64,000 nt of DNA from positions 44,828,001-44,892,000 of the forward strand of contig NC_087436.1 of NCBI RefSeq assembly GCF_036321535.1, written 5' to 3'. The DNA comes from Camelus dromedarius (lineage: Eukaryota). Below are positions 11,054 through 23,270 of the stretch, one piece after another. The translations under genes and the position numbers were made by a program. Positions within the stretch are counted from its first letter, which is position 1. The number at the start of each line of letters is the position of its first letter. The notes under the pieces were generated by a model. That model saw nothing but the letters and a program-made list of their open reading frames with translations, did no database searches and was not told where the DNA came from.

Positions 11054-14000
11054 AGGACAGTCAAGAATCAGAAACTTGACAAATTCAGCCGCAAAAAGAA
11101 TCCTAGACATTCAATTGCAATGCTTTAACTTTTTTCTTTCTTTAAAATGATTCAGTAATCCTCAAGTAAATTCAGACTCTGAAACACAGAGAACAGTGCT
11201 GATGATATAAAATTGGCTATACTGATACCAGTGATGAAAATTAAGTATCTTTATTTTCCTAGCCAAGGTAATGTCCTAAAAAGAAAGCACACGTTGCAGT
11301 AAAATCAATGTGCTGAAATTATAATTAGGGTGAATCAAGCACTTGCTGTATTACGTCTAATGGCTATTTTTGATCATTTTGAATTGTCCATCTAAGATTG
11401 CACACAATCCCTAAAATTGCTATCACAAACAGGCTAGAAAAATCTTCCAAGCTTGTCTTTGAAACTATCTAAGATCATATACAATTACACACTAAAATCA
11501 CATCACAAAACCCAATTACACTTTGGCTTTGCAGATCCACAGATAACCTCTTAAAGAGCAAACTCTCTCACTGTGTCGACCTCTGACCTCAAGCTCTTTT
11601 TCCAATCTTCAGCAGCAGTGCTGTGTGTTTCTAAGCTAGCCTGAGGAGCCCAAATTCTGAATAGTTTAAAAGGGCTACAGGACTTTTGCAGGATGCCAGT
11701 GTTCTGTCTACCACCAGCTTAAGAGGAAGGTTAATGTTGCCGATATTTTATCCTTGCTCTTTAATATGTTATATACTGTTCTTTCCCTTACGTATAACCA
11801 AACACTTTAAATGGAGGAATTTCTAAGTACACTCACCTTCATTTTAATGATTTAATGATCCGTAGGCAGTAATTTTGATCCAAAAAAAAAAAAAAAAGGA
11901 AAGAAAGAAAATGAAGAAAGAAAAAAGAGATGTCATTGACTATTTGAATAGAATTGAAAAACACTACATAAAAACAAAAGGATTCCAAAGAAGCAAATTC
12001 CAGACGTGCATCTGCAGTGAGAAGAAGAGAAGCTAGCAGGCTCTTCCAACAGCATCTCTCAGAAGTCTGTGATCACATGTGTGTCAATCCAATTTTGGAG
12101 CATAATCATGGAGTACGTGATTTTTAATAGAACAAAAGAGGACTCTAATTTCATACCAACTCTTCCCCACAGTTTCCAAAGGAAACCATCCAAAAGGAAA
12201 AATGGACCAGATGTGTATGGCAGTTTCTATGAGTCAATAAATGACACATAAAATAATAAATAAAAAGAGGTAAGTAAATCATCATCTAATGCCAAACGTG
12301 AGAGAAATCCTGGCTCTTCTTCAGATTTGGGATTGTTGTGGCTTTAGTTATCTGTTTAATGTGCCCTTAAGTTTGTTCTCCTAGGTAGTAGCTATCAAGG
12401 GTCATAGCATGTTAGAATTGCAATGGCATTTGGGAGTCATCTGCTCTAGCTTCCCAAGCCTTATCCTTTGCACAGTATGATGACTGGTAAGTGCCCATTA
12501 AGATGACTCTCCATCCTATCCCAAGTAATAGTGCCAAGCATGTATGAGGAGCTAAGTCAAAGATACTCTTTTGCAATTGTCTTCCCTCCCTCTCAAGGCA
12601 ATAATTCGGTTCTGAAGGTTGCATCCAAGATGAGAACAAAATTAAATTGTCTTAATATATAACTCAGGGCCTCTTCAGCAACAGGCCATTTCAAAATCAA
12701 TTTCTTAGAGACATTGCCTTGACATAAAGGGACACATTGTCTCCTGTTCTCTACCTCAAGTGATCTAGAGTCAAGAAAATATTTAGGCTTCAAAAATGCA
12801 GTGAATTAGGAAAAATATTTGAGTAGAGGACCAATATGATAGAGAACAAAGAATGACACAGAATTAACATTATAAAGATTAAATGAACATCCTTGGATGA
12901 TTGCAGACATCTTAGGAACGAGCACAAACATTTGAATTCGTATTTGAACAATGTAAGATAGGGAAAAAAACTGAAATTAAATTTCCCTAGAATGACATTA
13001 TATCATTTCCATTTCAGAGGACTTTCCTTAAAAGTAGAATGCATGGATATGAATTCATCTATTGTGTCAGCTTATCTGGTAAGCTCTGTCAGTGCAGGAA
13101 CTGTATTCCTAACGCTTAGCTCGCCCCTTTATAGTGATCAAATGAATGAAACTTTGAGACTGCTTGAATACATGACTTAAAATGATCTGCAATACTTTAA
13201 TTACTAATACCCAAAATACCATTTTTATAAACGAAAGGCATTAAGAATCCTTTCCCTATTCCTCCATAGCCCTTATGTAACAGAGAAAGAAAAGAACTTT
13301 CCAATGATTTTGCACTTCTAAAGATTTGTGAAGGGTAAAAGAGAAGCATCCAGAGATCTAAGTAAAATTATTGAAATCTGAAAAGATCAAAACATATTCT
13401 AGTGCCTGAAAATATCCTGAATTGAAAATACAATAATTTAAAAAAAAAAAAAAGAAAAATTGGGTGTTTGGTGGAAGAAAGTGTGAAATCTCTAACTGCT
13501 GACTGTGCTTCATAAACATTTACATTATCCTGAAGCTATTCATACTTACGGACTTCCTGAACACCATATAATTTTACCCATTGTTGTATAAGTTGCCTTC
13601 CTCCTGTAAGTGTTGTACAAGTCATGTAAAGCATGTGTTCTTGACAATCTGGACAATTCCTTCTTGACAGTGCTTAGGCTGAGGCTGCATGACAGCCCCA
13701 GATGGTTTTTAGATGAAGCGTAGAAAAAGTGATATAATTGATTTGGTGCTAGTTGAGATGCTTTAAATGTTCAGTTTCAACTTGTACCCAATCCATCGAT
13801 TCCACCTTTTTTTTATTTCTACATTTTTTTAAGCAACCCCGCCAGAGATTGGGGTTATTTGTCTAGTATTTTTAAGATGTCTCAGAAGTTTTGCTAAGGA
13901 AACAGCTCCTTCAGAACTTTTCTCTACTGTTACATTGCTAAGGCTCTTTGATATAGATGTTTAGAATCTCCAGAAGGCTCTATCAAGATATTCACCAGGT

Positions 14001-14886
14001 CCCAAGGTAACCTTCCTAAGCAGGTTTGTATGAATTTCTCTTGAATGAACACCCCAGATTGTTTCTAAAAATACGAAAAATCATTCCCAAAGAAAAATTT
14101 CAAACTGATATTCAAGAGTTCATACATTCAGAGATATGGAAATAGGAAAAATATTTATGAATAGTTCACAAATGTAAACAGAGGAACATGGGGTTAAGAG
14201 ACTTATTTGAATTTAGTTCCGCTTCACTTGCCCATCATATGACTTGATTTGGTTGAATTTGGCTTAACTTGGTTGATTTTGTTGGTGTCACTGGTTTTGG
14301 AGAGGTAACCTGCAGATGCTGGGAAGAAGGCCTTGATCTGAGCAGAACAGTCAGTGCCTTGAGGATCTACCAGACCTCATGGACAATAAAAAATGGAGAT
14401 ATGCACGTTTCTTCAAGACTCTTCAAACTAAAACATGGAAGTATTTTAAAAGGCTGATGAATATAGATAATTGACATTGTAACTCAGTAAAGGAAGAAAG
14501 GATTAGAGTGGCCAGTGTAAGTTCATGAAATAGAATCCTACTTAACTCTGCATTGTTTAAATAGTGAATCACTGAACACACTACAAAAGTACTATTTTTA
14601 TGTTATAAAGTATATAAAAATGTATACCAATCACAATTGGGAGATGAAATGTGTATATAAATATCCACAAGCCATTTTTTTTATTAAAAAATCAGTATAT
14701 GACACAAACTAAGTCTTAAGGGAGTTCATTGGGAAAAACCATTCTCAGCTTGTGATCAAGTATGGAGATCATTTTTTGAGCTGAATCTTCATGTTTGTAC
14801 CTTCTCCCCTGCACTCGCCATTCTACTTCATTCTGGCCTAGACCTCCATCAGTCTAAATTTCCAGCCAACATGCATTTCATGATAC

Positions 14887-15425
14887 TGTTCAGTAGTTAG
14901 ATGAGTGGGGGCACTGAGCAGATAGGTAGAGAGGATGGAGGATTGTCTGGAAGATGGTGGTATGTATACCTTCAGCATAAAGGTGTTTTACTTTTTCTAA
15001 ATGAGTGCCAACAAGAAACCAGCTAGAACCCCATGGTCGCAACTGTATGGTAGTGACCAGACCATAAACAGACATTGCAATATAAGTAGCAATGTGGCTT
15101 AAGCCCCCTCCCTCCGTGGATTTTTCTGTGTGCAAGTAAGGACATACTCAGAAGGGGACAAGCATGACTAAGCACTCAAGTGGCAAAAGCCCTGAATCAA
15201 TCAAGAGACCAGCTCTAAGCAAGGGTGTAAGAGATGGGCAAACAAGGACCACTGCTATCCTGCCTTGGACCAGCCCACCTCCTGCTCTTGGAGATGTGCT
15301 TTCCCCTTTGCTAAATAAAATCTTTCAAATCTTTTGCTGCACATTGCTTATGCCTCCCATCTGAATTCTTCTCTTTCAGGCAAGACAAGAACTGGAGACT
15401 TTTCCCTTCCCCTTCTGGAGAAACA
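14887..15425 (+). mobile_element. ERV1-class solo LTR
   Basis: TGTT...AACA termini, exact 4-bp TSD ATAC (14883-14886 and 15426-15429), AATAAA at 15314-15319, U5-like gaattcttctctttcaggcaagacaagaac. Confidence 0.9.
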
Positions 15426-15739
15426 ATACTAACTTCCTAATCAAACTGAGATTCTCTTTGTTCAGTCTACTGTTACACCCTGTAGCATTTGAATCTATTG
15501 GTTATTTCCCCTAATGGCTTTCTTCCTTCAATTTATGTGACACTAAATGACCTAATTTGCCTCAACTTCTCTGATAATAATTCTTCTTTGTTCCCTTCCT
15601 GCCTCCCCCCTCTTTACCCCTTAAAGGTAGAAAGTTTTATGGGGTTCATGTTCGCAATTTCCTCTATTCGCTGTTTTGGGGTCACCTGCTAGATTGAACA
15701 CTCCCACATACATCTGTCTCTTTCTGATCGCTATCACTT

Positions 15740-15930
15740 TCAGGCCACTGCACTTTTTCTTATAGCATCCTCTCTGCTTCTCTTCTTCCTACTGGAATTC
15801 TATTCATCCTTTAAGGCTCTGGTCAAATGCCCTCTTCTCTATGAAGTTTTACCTGTTCCTTCTAGTCATAATTAATTGCTTTCATCTCTGTGTTTCCTTA
15901 CAAATTTATTTGCCCTTCTACTATAGTACT
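15740..15930 (+). mobile_element. L2 fragment
   Basis: attctattcatcctttaaggctctggtcaaatgccctcttctctatgaag. Confidence 0.6.
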
Positions 15931-17798
15931 GCTTTTCCAAGGAAGGCCTAATGACTATCTCACGAAGAGTGGCTCTTGGAGAGAGTGACTTGCATTATTG
16001 TTAAAGTCCAGGATTTTTTTTTTTAAAGGATTCTGTGAACCTATTGAAATTGTGTATAAAATATACATTCATCATTCTTAATTCTAATCCATTCTCAACT
16101 GTGATGAACACTCCTCAGCCTATCAGGGACATGTGAGACACTGAACTTTGTACATTAATTTGACCGCTAGTCTTTGCCACAAGTGGTTTGCATACATATT
16201 GCAGTATAAGTAAGTATGTATTTTTCAGCCGTGATTTCAAGGGAAAATGCTTTGTGACACTTCTGAACTGATGTCCTTCTGTTGGATTAAAAGAAAACTA
16301 TTATTTAACATCTAAATTATAAAACAGTATTTCTCCTGTATAAGAACTGTTATCATAGACTAAAGTGACAAATATCAAACCATATGAGGCTCATCAAAGG
16401 ATATCTGTGAGCAGGAGCCAATGGAGCCAGAGCACAGAGCAAAAGCCCACGGCCGGTGACATTGATGAACATCACTGGTTTTGTGTAAACTTCAAAAACT
16501 AAGGATTGCAAATGCACAGTTGCCTATGGGCTTCCCACATTAAATGTTAAGCTTCTTGAAGAAAAGGTTTGTATTTTATTCATACTTTTGTTTTGTCCAA
16601 ACATTGTAGATCCTCAAAATATTTATGGAAATGATTTTAATTTTACCAATGGACATGGAATTTCTGAACATCTCATGCAGGGGAGGGATGGTATTTGCAC
16701 TGTCACAGAAATAGAGACAATTTATTATTTGAAGACGGAGTAATATAGATCACCTGCATTATGTGTTCACTTAAAGACTGGAAAGACATGATGTCAGATC
16801 ACAGAAAGCCTTGAATTCAAGGCTAAAATGTTTGAACTTAAGGCAGGCTACAGTGGAAAAATACAGAGTTGTTTTTATTAGGAAATTAGGAGAAATAATT
16901 TAAAAAATTAATCTGGGTCCTGTGTCCAATTAGAATGAATTGGAAAAGCAAGCAATCAGACAAAAGCCTACTATTTAGTTTTGGAAACATAAGCACCTGA
17001 ACAATGGTGATAGACTTGACAATTTAAATAAGAATAATTGATTTTGGAGATTTGAGTCAGGTATCAAAGAACTAAAAGATTTTGGCAAAGGGTAGAACAT
17101 TCAAAATTAATAGCAATGGTGTAAGCAAAACAGTAATTACAAGGTATGTTTAGGGGATAGTTTGCAAACATGTAAATAAGGATAAGTTTATAAATTGAAG
17201 CCAAATGTTAGCAAGAATTTCCAACTTGTCTAATACACAGTTAATGCTTTTGAATACATTAGCTATTTTTTATTGAAACATAACTTACATACAGAAAAAT
17301 GCACACTTTTTTGTGTACATTACTGAATATTCACAAAGAAGACATTTATTAACAGCCAACTTGGTCAAGAAATAGAATATTAGCAACATCACAAGAATCT
17401 CCCCATGTCCCTCCCCAGCCAATGTCCCTAAAATGTAACCACAACTCTGACATCTAGGTGATATATTACTTTAACATGTTTTTGAGCTTCTACAAACAGC
17501 ATTACGTAAAACATACAATTTTGTGTCTGTTTCATTCATTCAACGTTATCTTTGTGCAGATCATGTGGTTGCAGGCAGCAGTACCTGGTTCTTTCTCATC
17601 ACTGTGAAAAATTCCATTTCAAGTAGTTACTGATATGGTTGGATTAACTCATCTTGTAACTATATTCTATTTGTTGCATTTGCTCTTTGTTTCTTCTTTT
17701 TTCTCTTTTTCTCACTTCTCTAGTTTTAATTGAGAAATCTATATAATTGAGAAATTTATATGCCTTTTTATTTCCTCTTTTAGCATACGATTTTATAC

Positions 17799-18346
17799 TG
17801 TAGGGGAGCAAAATTTTCCACCCCAAACTATCTCTTTGGCGTACGTTTTGTTTCTAACAATCAAGGCCTAGAAGCTCAGGAAGAAACTTTGACTTGACCC
17901 TCCCTCTAAGTGCCTAAGAAGATGTAGGTAGGGGACCTGTTTCAGGAAGGGCCTGCACCATCACCACAGCTGACTACAGTGTGAACTGGGTGTGGGAGAC
18001 AGGGAGGACCTCACAGAGTCTGTTAAAATTTCTCTCTGCATCCCGTTATCTCTGCATGACCCAGCAAACATTTGCTTTTTCATTGCTGTGTGAATTGTTA
18101 TCCTCCCCTTTGAAGTCCTGAATCACTGCCCCCAATCCCTCTTTTGTGTTTAGCTGAAGATGGTATTTAAAGTGAGGCCTTCACCATTTCAGTAAGTTAG
18201 TCAGTTTTCCTGGGTCTCTCCCATATATTCATGTTACTAAACTTTGATTTTTCTCCCATTCACCTCCATTCACCTGTCAGTTTAATTCTTAGATCTTCCA
18301 GAAGAACCTAGAAGGGTAGAAGAAAATTTCTCCCAAGTCCCTGACA
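17799..18346 (+). mobile_element. MER34-related ERV1 solo LTR
   Basis: TGTAGGGGAGCAAAATTTTCCACCCCAAA start, agctgaagatggtatttaa and gaacctagaagggtaga blocks, CA end; TSD atac/atat (1 mismatch). Confidence 0.85.
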
Positions 18347-19244
18347 ATATATCTTTAAAAAATTTTTCGGGGTTGCCTTAGTGTTATGATATACTTTTTA
18401 AAATAATCTACTTCCACCTTCAAATAGCAATTTACCACCTCATGTATAATGCAGGTACCTGCATAACAGTATCCCCAAGTCCTCTCTCCATCCCTTATCA
18501 CACTGGTGTAATTCATTTCACTTAGCCATATGCTATAATCACCCATCATGCTGGTATTATATTACTGTAGACAAATAGTTCAATTTTAAGGCTAAAAAAT
18601 ATATTTTATTTTACTTTATTTATTCCTTTTATCTCTGATGCTCTTCTTTCCTTACATAAAGCCAATGTCTGACAAGACATTTGGATACCTTATTTTACTG
18701 TTTGTAGGATTTTAAGTTATTGGGTTTTAATCATTAATTTTGGAAAGTTCTCAGCCATGATTACTTCAATATTCTGCTCCATTCTCTCTTCTCCTTCTGG
18801 CATCCCCATTACTCATGAGTTATACATGTTGAAATTGTCCCAAAGTTCTTGGATAGTCTGTTCTCTTCATGTTAATTCTCTTTACTCTTTGCATTTCAAT
18901 TTGAGGACTTCCTATTTGCCAACGTTCAAGCTGATTTATTCTTTCCTTGGCTGTATCCAGCCTACAGATGAGCCCATCAAAGGCATTCTTTCATGTTGTC
19001 TACTTTTTCTAGTAAGAATCCTTAATATATTAATTATAGTTACTCTAAATCTGTTATAATTCTAAAATCTGTATATCTAATTTTGATGTTATTTTGTCTC
19101 TTCAGAATGCGTTTTTTTTCCACCATCATTTTGGCATGCCTCATAGTTTTTTGCTTTGTTTCTTTGTTTGTTTTTGAAAGCTAGAACTGTATTGGGTAAT
19201 GGGAACTAAGTAAGTAGATCTTTAGTGGGAGGATATGTTAATCT

Positions 19245-19936
19245 TGAGACAGGACGGAAGGGAGCAGGGCACCACCATTAAAAAATGACACAGCAATTAG
19301 CATCAAGATGGCGGAAGATTCAACTCCCATTAGATCTTAAGCTTCACATTATACACTCATTGTGATATATTAACATGGTAAATGGCACTCCCACAAGCAC
19401 CATGACGGTTCTAAAGCTAACTATAAAAGGTCAAAAAGTGGGTGGTGACCCAGTTCCTGGGAATCCCCACCCCTTCCCCAACATAGTTGGAATAATCCTC
19501 CCCCTTGTTAGCATATGAAATAACCGAGCTCATAAAAACAAACACCACCACAGCCATGGCCTTTCTCTTGCCTTTTGAGAAGGCCCACATTCTGTCTATG
19601 GAATGTATATCTCCGAGGCCTGTCGCTCTCTCTCTCTTGCCTTCTGGGAGACCCCGCACTCTGTCTATGGAGTGTACATCTACTTTTACTCTAAACAATC
19701 CCTGCCCCACCCCCAGCTGCCCCAGTGTCTCATGGCTTCTCTGGCCTTCTGAGACAGCCCACACTGTGACTATGTAGTGTGCATCTTTCTGAATAAGTCT
19801 ACTTTTACTCTACTGTGGCTCACTATTGAATTCTTTCCTGTGCAAAGCCAAGGACCCTCACTTGACAGGGCATGTCCCAGGCACTCGACTGAGACCTAGG
19901 ACATGACCATCCTCTTGCCCCATTCTTCCTGTATCA
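19245..19936 (+). mobile_element. MER41-like ERV1 solo LTR
   Basis: Termini TGAGACAGG...CCTGTATCA (8/9 inverted), TSD atct/atca; MER41-type blocks cattatacactc, cactcccacaagcaccatgac, gaataatcctcccccttgttagcatat, ctgtctatggagt, gaattctttcctgtgcaaagccaaggaccc. Confidence 0.85.
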
Positions 19937-21335
19937 ATCAGACTAGGAGTTAGGTTGTCGTTAGTGTGGAGTACTATAGCTGTCAGAAGCTTCAAATCCT
20001 GGAGTGTCCTTATTTTGTCTCCCTTCTTGACTTAGGGCTTTTTATGAACACCTCTCTGAGACAGTCTGTGTCTGGCAGATCTTTTAGCTGTAATTGCTGT
20101 TAAATATGTGCAATGTTGTTGATGTCATGGTAGACTTGGGGAAAGGGGAGCAGTCAATCTTCCATTAGCTTTTAATAGGCCCCATGTCTCAGGGCGGTAG
20201 CCTTCACAAGTGTTTCTGACTCTCCTACAGAAGTATAACTTTACCCTTTCTACCTACTCCTTTCTTAATTGCAGTGTTCCCAGTCTGTTTCCTTGGAGCC
20301 CTTTCCCCTCTTGACTGTGCTCCTAACCACTACCATGAGGTGAGAGAGGAAAGCTGGAGGGGACTGAATGGGGAGGAATTCCATTTTCCCAGCAAGAATA
20401 GGTTTCAGACTTGCACTCTGGTGAAGTTCTCTCCCCCGGACAGTAGGCATTTGTAATGGAGAAGCTCTGAGTGTGTTTCCCAATGGTTATTCTTCCCTTT
20501 CCCCTGCCAGGGTCATGAGAAAATTTTTTCATGGCTCTTCACCATGAGAACCTGGAAATCTCTTTTGCAGCTTTTGGAGAGAAGGTTCACAATAGTGTGG
20601 GTCACTCACAAGGACTATGGCCCCAGGGATTTCTCAGTCTTCTGCTGGTCCACATTCAGCCTCCAACAATTCATCACAAGTGCCATTTTAGTGTTCCCAT
20701 CCATTTGGCTTCAGTAGGTTCTCTTCCAGGTAAACTTCTTGGTTGCTCTGTCCCTCTGTTTTGCTATCTCACCACCTTTGGGGTGGTGGTTAGCCCTCAG
20801 TTTACTGTTGGACCCAAGAAAAAAATAATTAATTTTCAGTTTGTTCAACTTTTTCTTATTGTAAGAATGGGAATGACTTCTAAGTTGTATACTATGTCAG
20901 AACTGAAATTGGAAATCTCCTTTATATCTACATATATATATATTATATGTTCATGAGAGAGATTGGTTCATAATTTTCTCTTTTGATAGCAAACTTGGTA
21001 TCAAAATTATCTTGGCCTTGAAAAAAAGAGCTAGGATTTGTTCCTTCTTTTTTTTTTTTTTAATTCTCTGGGAAATGTGTATAAAATTGGATATTTCTTT
21101 CTTAAATGTTTGGGAAAATTCACTGTATTTGTGGGAGTTTTTTAAAAATATATGTATTTTCTATATTTGTGGTGACATGCTAAATTTTTCATTGGTTTAA
21201 AAAATGCTTATTGAAGCATTTTTATAAGGATGGCCTAAAATTTCCTTCAGATAATTCCCCACATCTGGTTCATCTCATTGTTGGTGTCTGTTGATTGTCT
21301 TTTTGCATTCAAGCTGTGGTTTTCCTGAGCCTTGG

Positions 21336-21860
21336 TAAAGGGTAGCAGAACATGCCACCCCAAAATATGCCTCTGTGGCATAAGGATTATTTTGAGCTGA
21401 TTACCTTTTAGAAAAAGTAGACACAGGAGAAGCTCTAAAAAGAGCAAAATTTATCATTTTGTAAGGAAATTTACATTTATAATGGAAATCTCCATCTATG
21501 TGTAACCTTCTCTACACCAGGAAGAGAATGATGATCTAAATCGCAAAGTATACTCATCAAAGGAGAATATGCTAGACTTAAATCTACATGACAACCTTAT
21601 TGTACTTTTCCTGGTCACCTCCCAAAACTGATCCCCCAACATCTTTCTTTTTCCCTTAGTTGCAGGTGGTTTTTAAGGCAGTAACTTGTATCTTTTCTAG
21701 GATTTTTGCTCAATTTTCCTAAGTATCTCCCATGTTTACATAAGGTAGACATGCTACTAAACTTCTGTGTGTTTTTCTCTTGTTATTCTTTTTTTCATTA
21801 TAGGGGGTGTCAACCAAAAACCTAGAAGGATAGAGGGAAATCTGTTTTTCCTCCTCCACA
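21336..21860 (+). mobile_element. MER34A1-like ERV1 solo LTR
   Basis: gccaccccaaaatatgcctctgtggcataaggattattttgagctga...agacacaggagaagctct...gatagagggaaa...ttttcctcctccaca; exact TSD TTGG (21332-21335 and 21861-21864); 5' TG reads TA. Confidence 0.9.
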
Positions 21861-22929
21861 TTGGTATAGGTGATTTCAATTACATTCTGGATATTTTGGA
21901 TATTATGTTAGGAGACTCTGGCCCCCTGATAAATTCTGGCCTGCTTTTGTGGGCTGTGGTTTCAGTGACAATCTAGTTTTCAGAGCTTTGTCTACCTGAT
22001 CCTACCTGATTCTGCTCAGTCCCTACTGGTGCTGCTCGTGACTGTGGGGGTGGGAGACACTGGGCCCTGGAGAAAGAGACAGTAAGTTTTTCCCGACCTT
22101 TATCTCTGCTGCCCCTGCATCCCAGATAGACTCCCATTCTCTCCTTGCCGGTGTAGTCAGGGAAGGAAAAGGTCACCAACCTGGGGCACTGCTGCCTGTG
22201 GGTGGAGAAGGGGAAGGAGGATTATTAGGATACACCTAGTCTGGGTCTCAGGCCCAAGAACTGAGCTAATATTCTGTCTGGAATTCTTACTATATTGATA
22301 ATGCTTACTGAGAAGATACATCTTCCCCTTGTCCCCCTCCAAAAGTGACCTCCCTTCTCACTTTAGAGAAGATGCCTATTATCCTCTGCCTCTCAACATC
22401 AATCTCCAGCCAATCCTCCCAAAAGTGTTTGAAAACATTCTCTAAAACTCACTGTACTAGAGAATTAAATACACTGGAGAATCACACTAAAAGATCTATG
22501 AAGTATGTGACTCTTGTCTGTCACAAAGATGGAAATAATAAAGATCTCAGTTCTTCCTCCCCTGCCGAAGTGCCCACAAGCCTGCTCTGATACAGTTTAC
22601 CTTCATCCAAAACTTCTTTGTGTGAAAAGGACCCCACCCCAGCAGCTCCCCCATCTCACAGCAATCCTGAGTCCTGAAAAAGAAAAGCAGGGCTCAGAGA
22701 GGGAAGCCCTTACCCCAAATAGAGAAAAGTTTATAAAAAGACTCCTGATTGCTTACTCCCTTCAATACAAGGTTGTAAAAAGACACTTTTGACTTCAAGG
22801 CACTTATAGGCTGAGGTAGTAGAGTGGTTCCCCTGGGGACCGTGTGGTCTCTTTTGTTTTCTGTATGCAGAACATTAATGAGGAAAAGATAGCACCCTAT
22901 TTTTAAACTTTGAGTCAGTGGTTTTATTT

Positions 22930-23270
22930 GTAAAATTATATATATGTGTGTATGTGTATACATACAGAATATGTATTTCATACAGCCTTTTTATATAAGT
23001 GCTATATAAAATCTGCATACTGTTCTGAGCTTTGCTTTTTATAGTATCACTATGTCCAGGAGATTATTTGTTGGCATCATATATAAATCTGTGTTATTTC
23101 ATGGAATGGGGTATAGAATTGCAGTGTTCACTTATAACATAGCTGATCTAATTTGTCCCCTGCAAATGGACATCTAGATGATTTTTTATATTTTTGCCAT
23201 TATGAATGTTGCTGGAGGATGTGCAAATATCTATAGGATACTGCTAAAAGTAGAATTATATTTGTGTTTG
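22930..23270 (-). mobile_element. L1ME-like fragment
   Basis: catactgttctgagctttgctttt...atggacatctagatgattttt...tttgccattatgaatgttgc. Confidence 0.55.

Larger units (their letters stand above)
17265..22260 (-). mobile_element. Composite old L1M (L1MD/M4-like) region hosting three LTR insertions
   Basis: Antisense L1 3' end (tttttattgaaacataacttacatacagaaaaatgcac) and antisense ORF1/5'-type text (tttggaaagttctcagccatgattacttc...ctccttctggcatccccattac); probably several fragments. Confidence 0.7.

Noticed and set aside
11831..11930. Minus-strand micro-exon with a perfect AAG|GTGAGT donor after a long pyrimidine tract
   Set aside because: The acceptor position reads TGG rather than YAG and all three frames contain stops
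14241..14285. 10-bp periodic ttgg repeat
   Set aside because: Only about four degenerate units; consistent with a decayed low-complexity repeat
19417..19777. Overlapping 115-aa and 90-aa ORFs with internal repeats
   Set aside because: Explained by the triplicated module of the solo LTR; no gag/pol/env similarity
20531..20956. Longest ORF in the track (141 aa)
   Set aside because: Lies within antisense old L1 5'-region sequence; no recognisable domain or splice context
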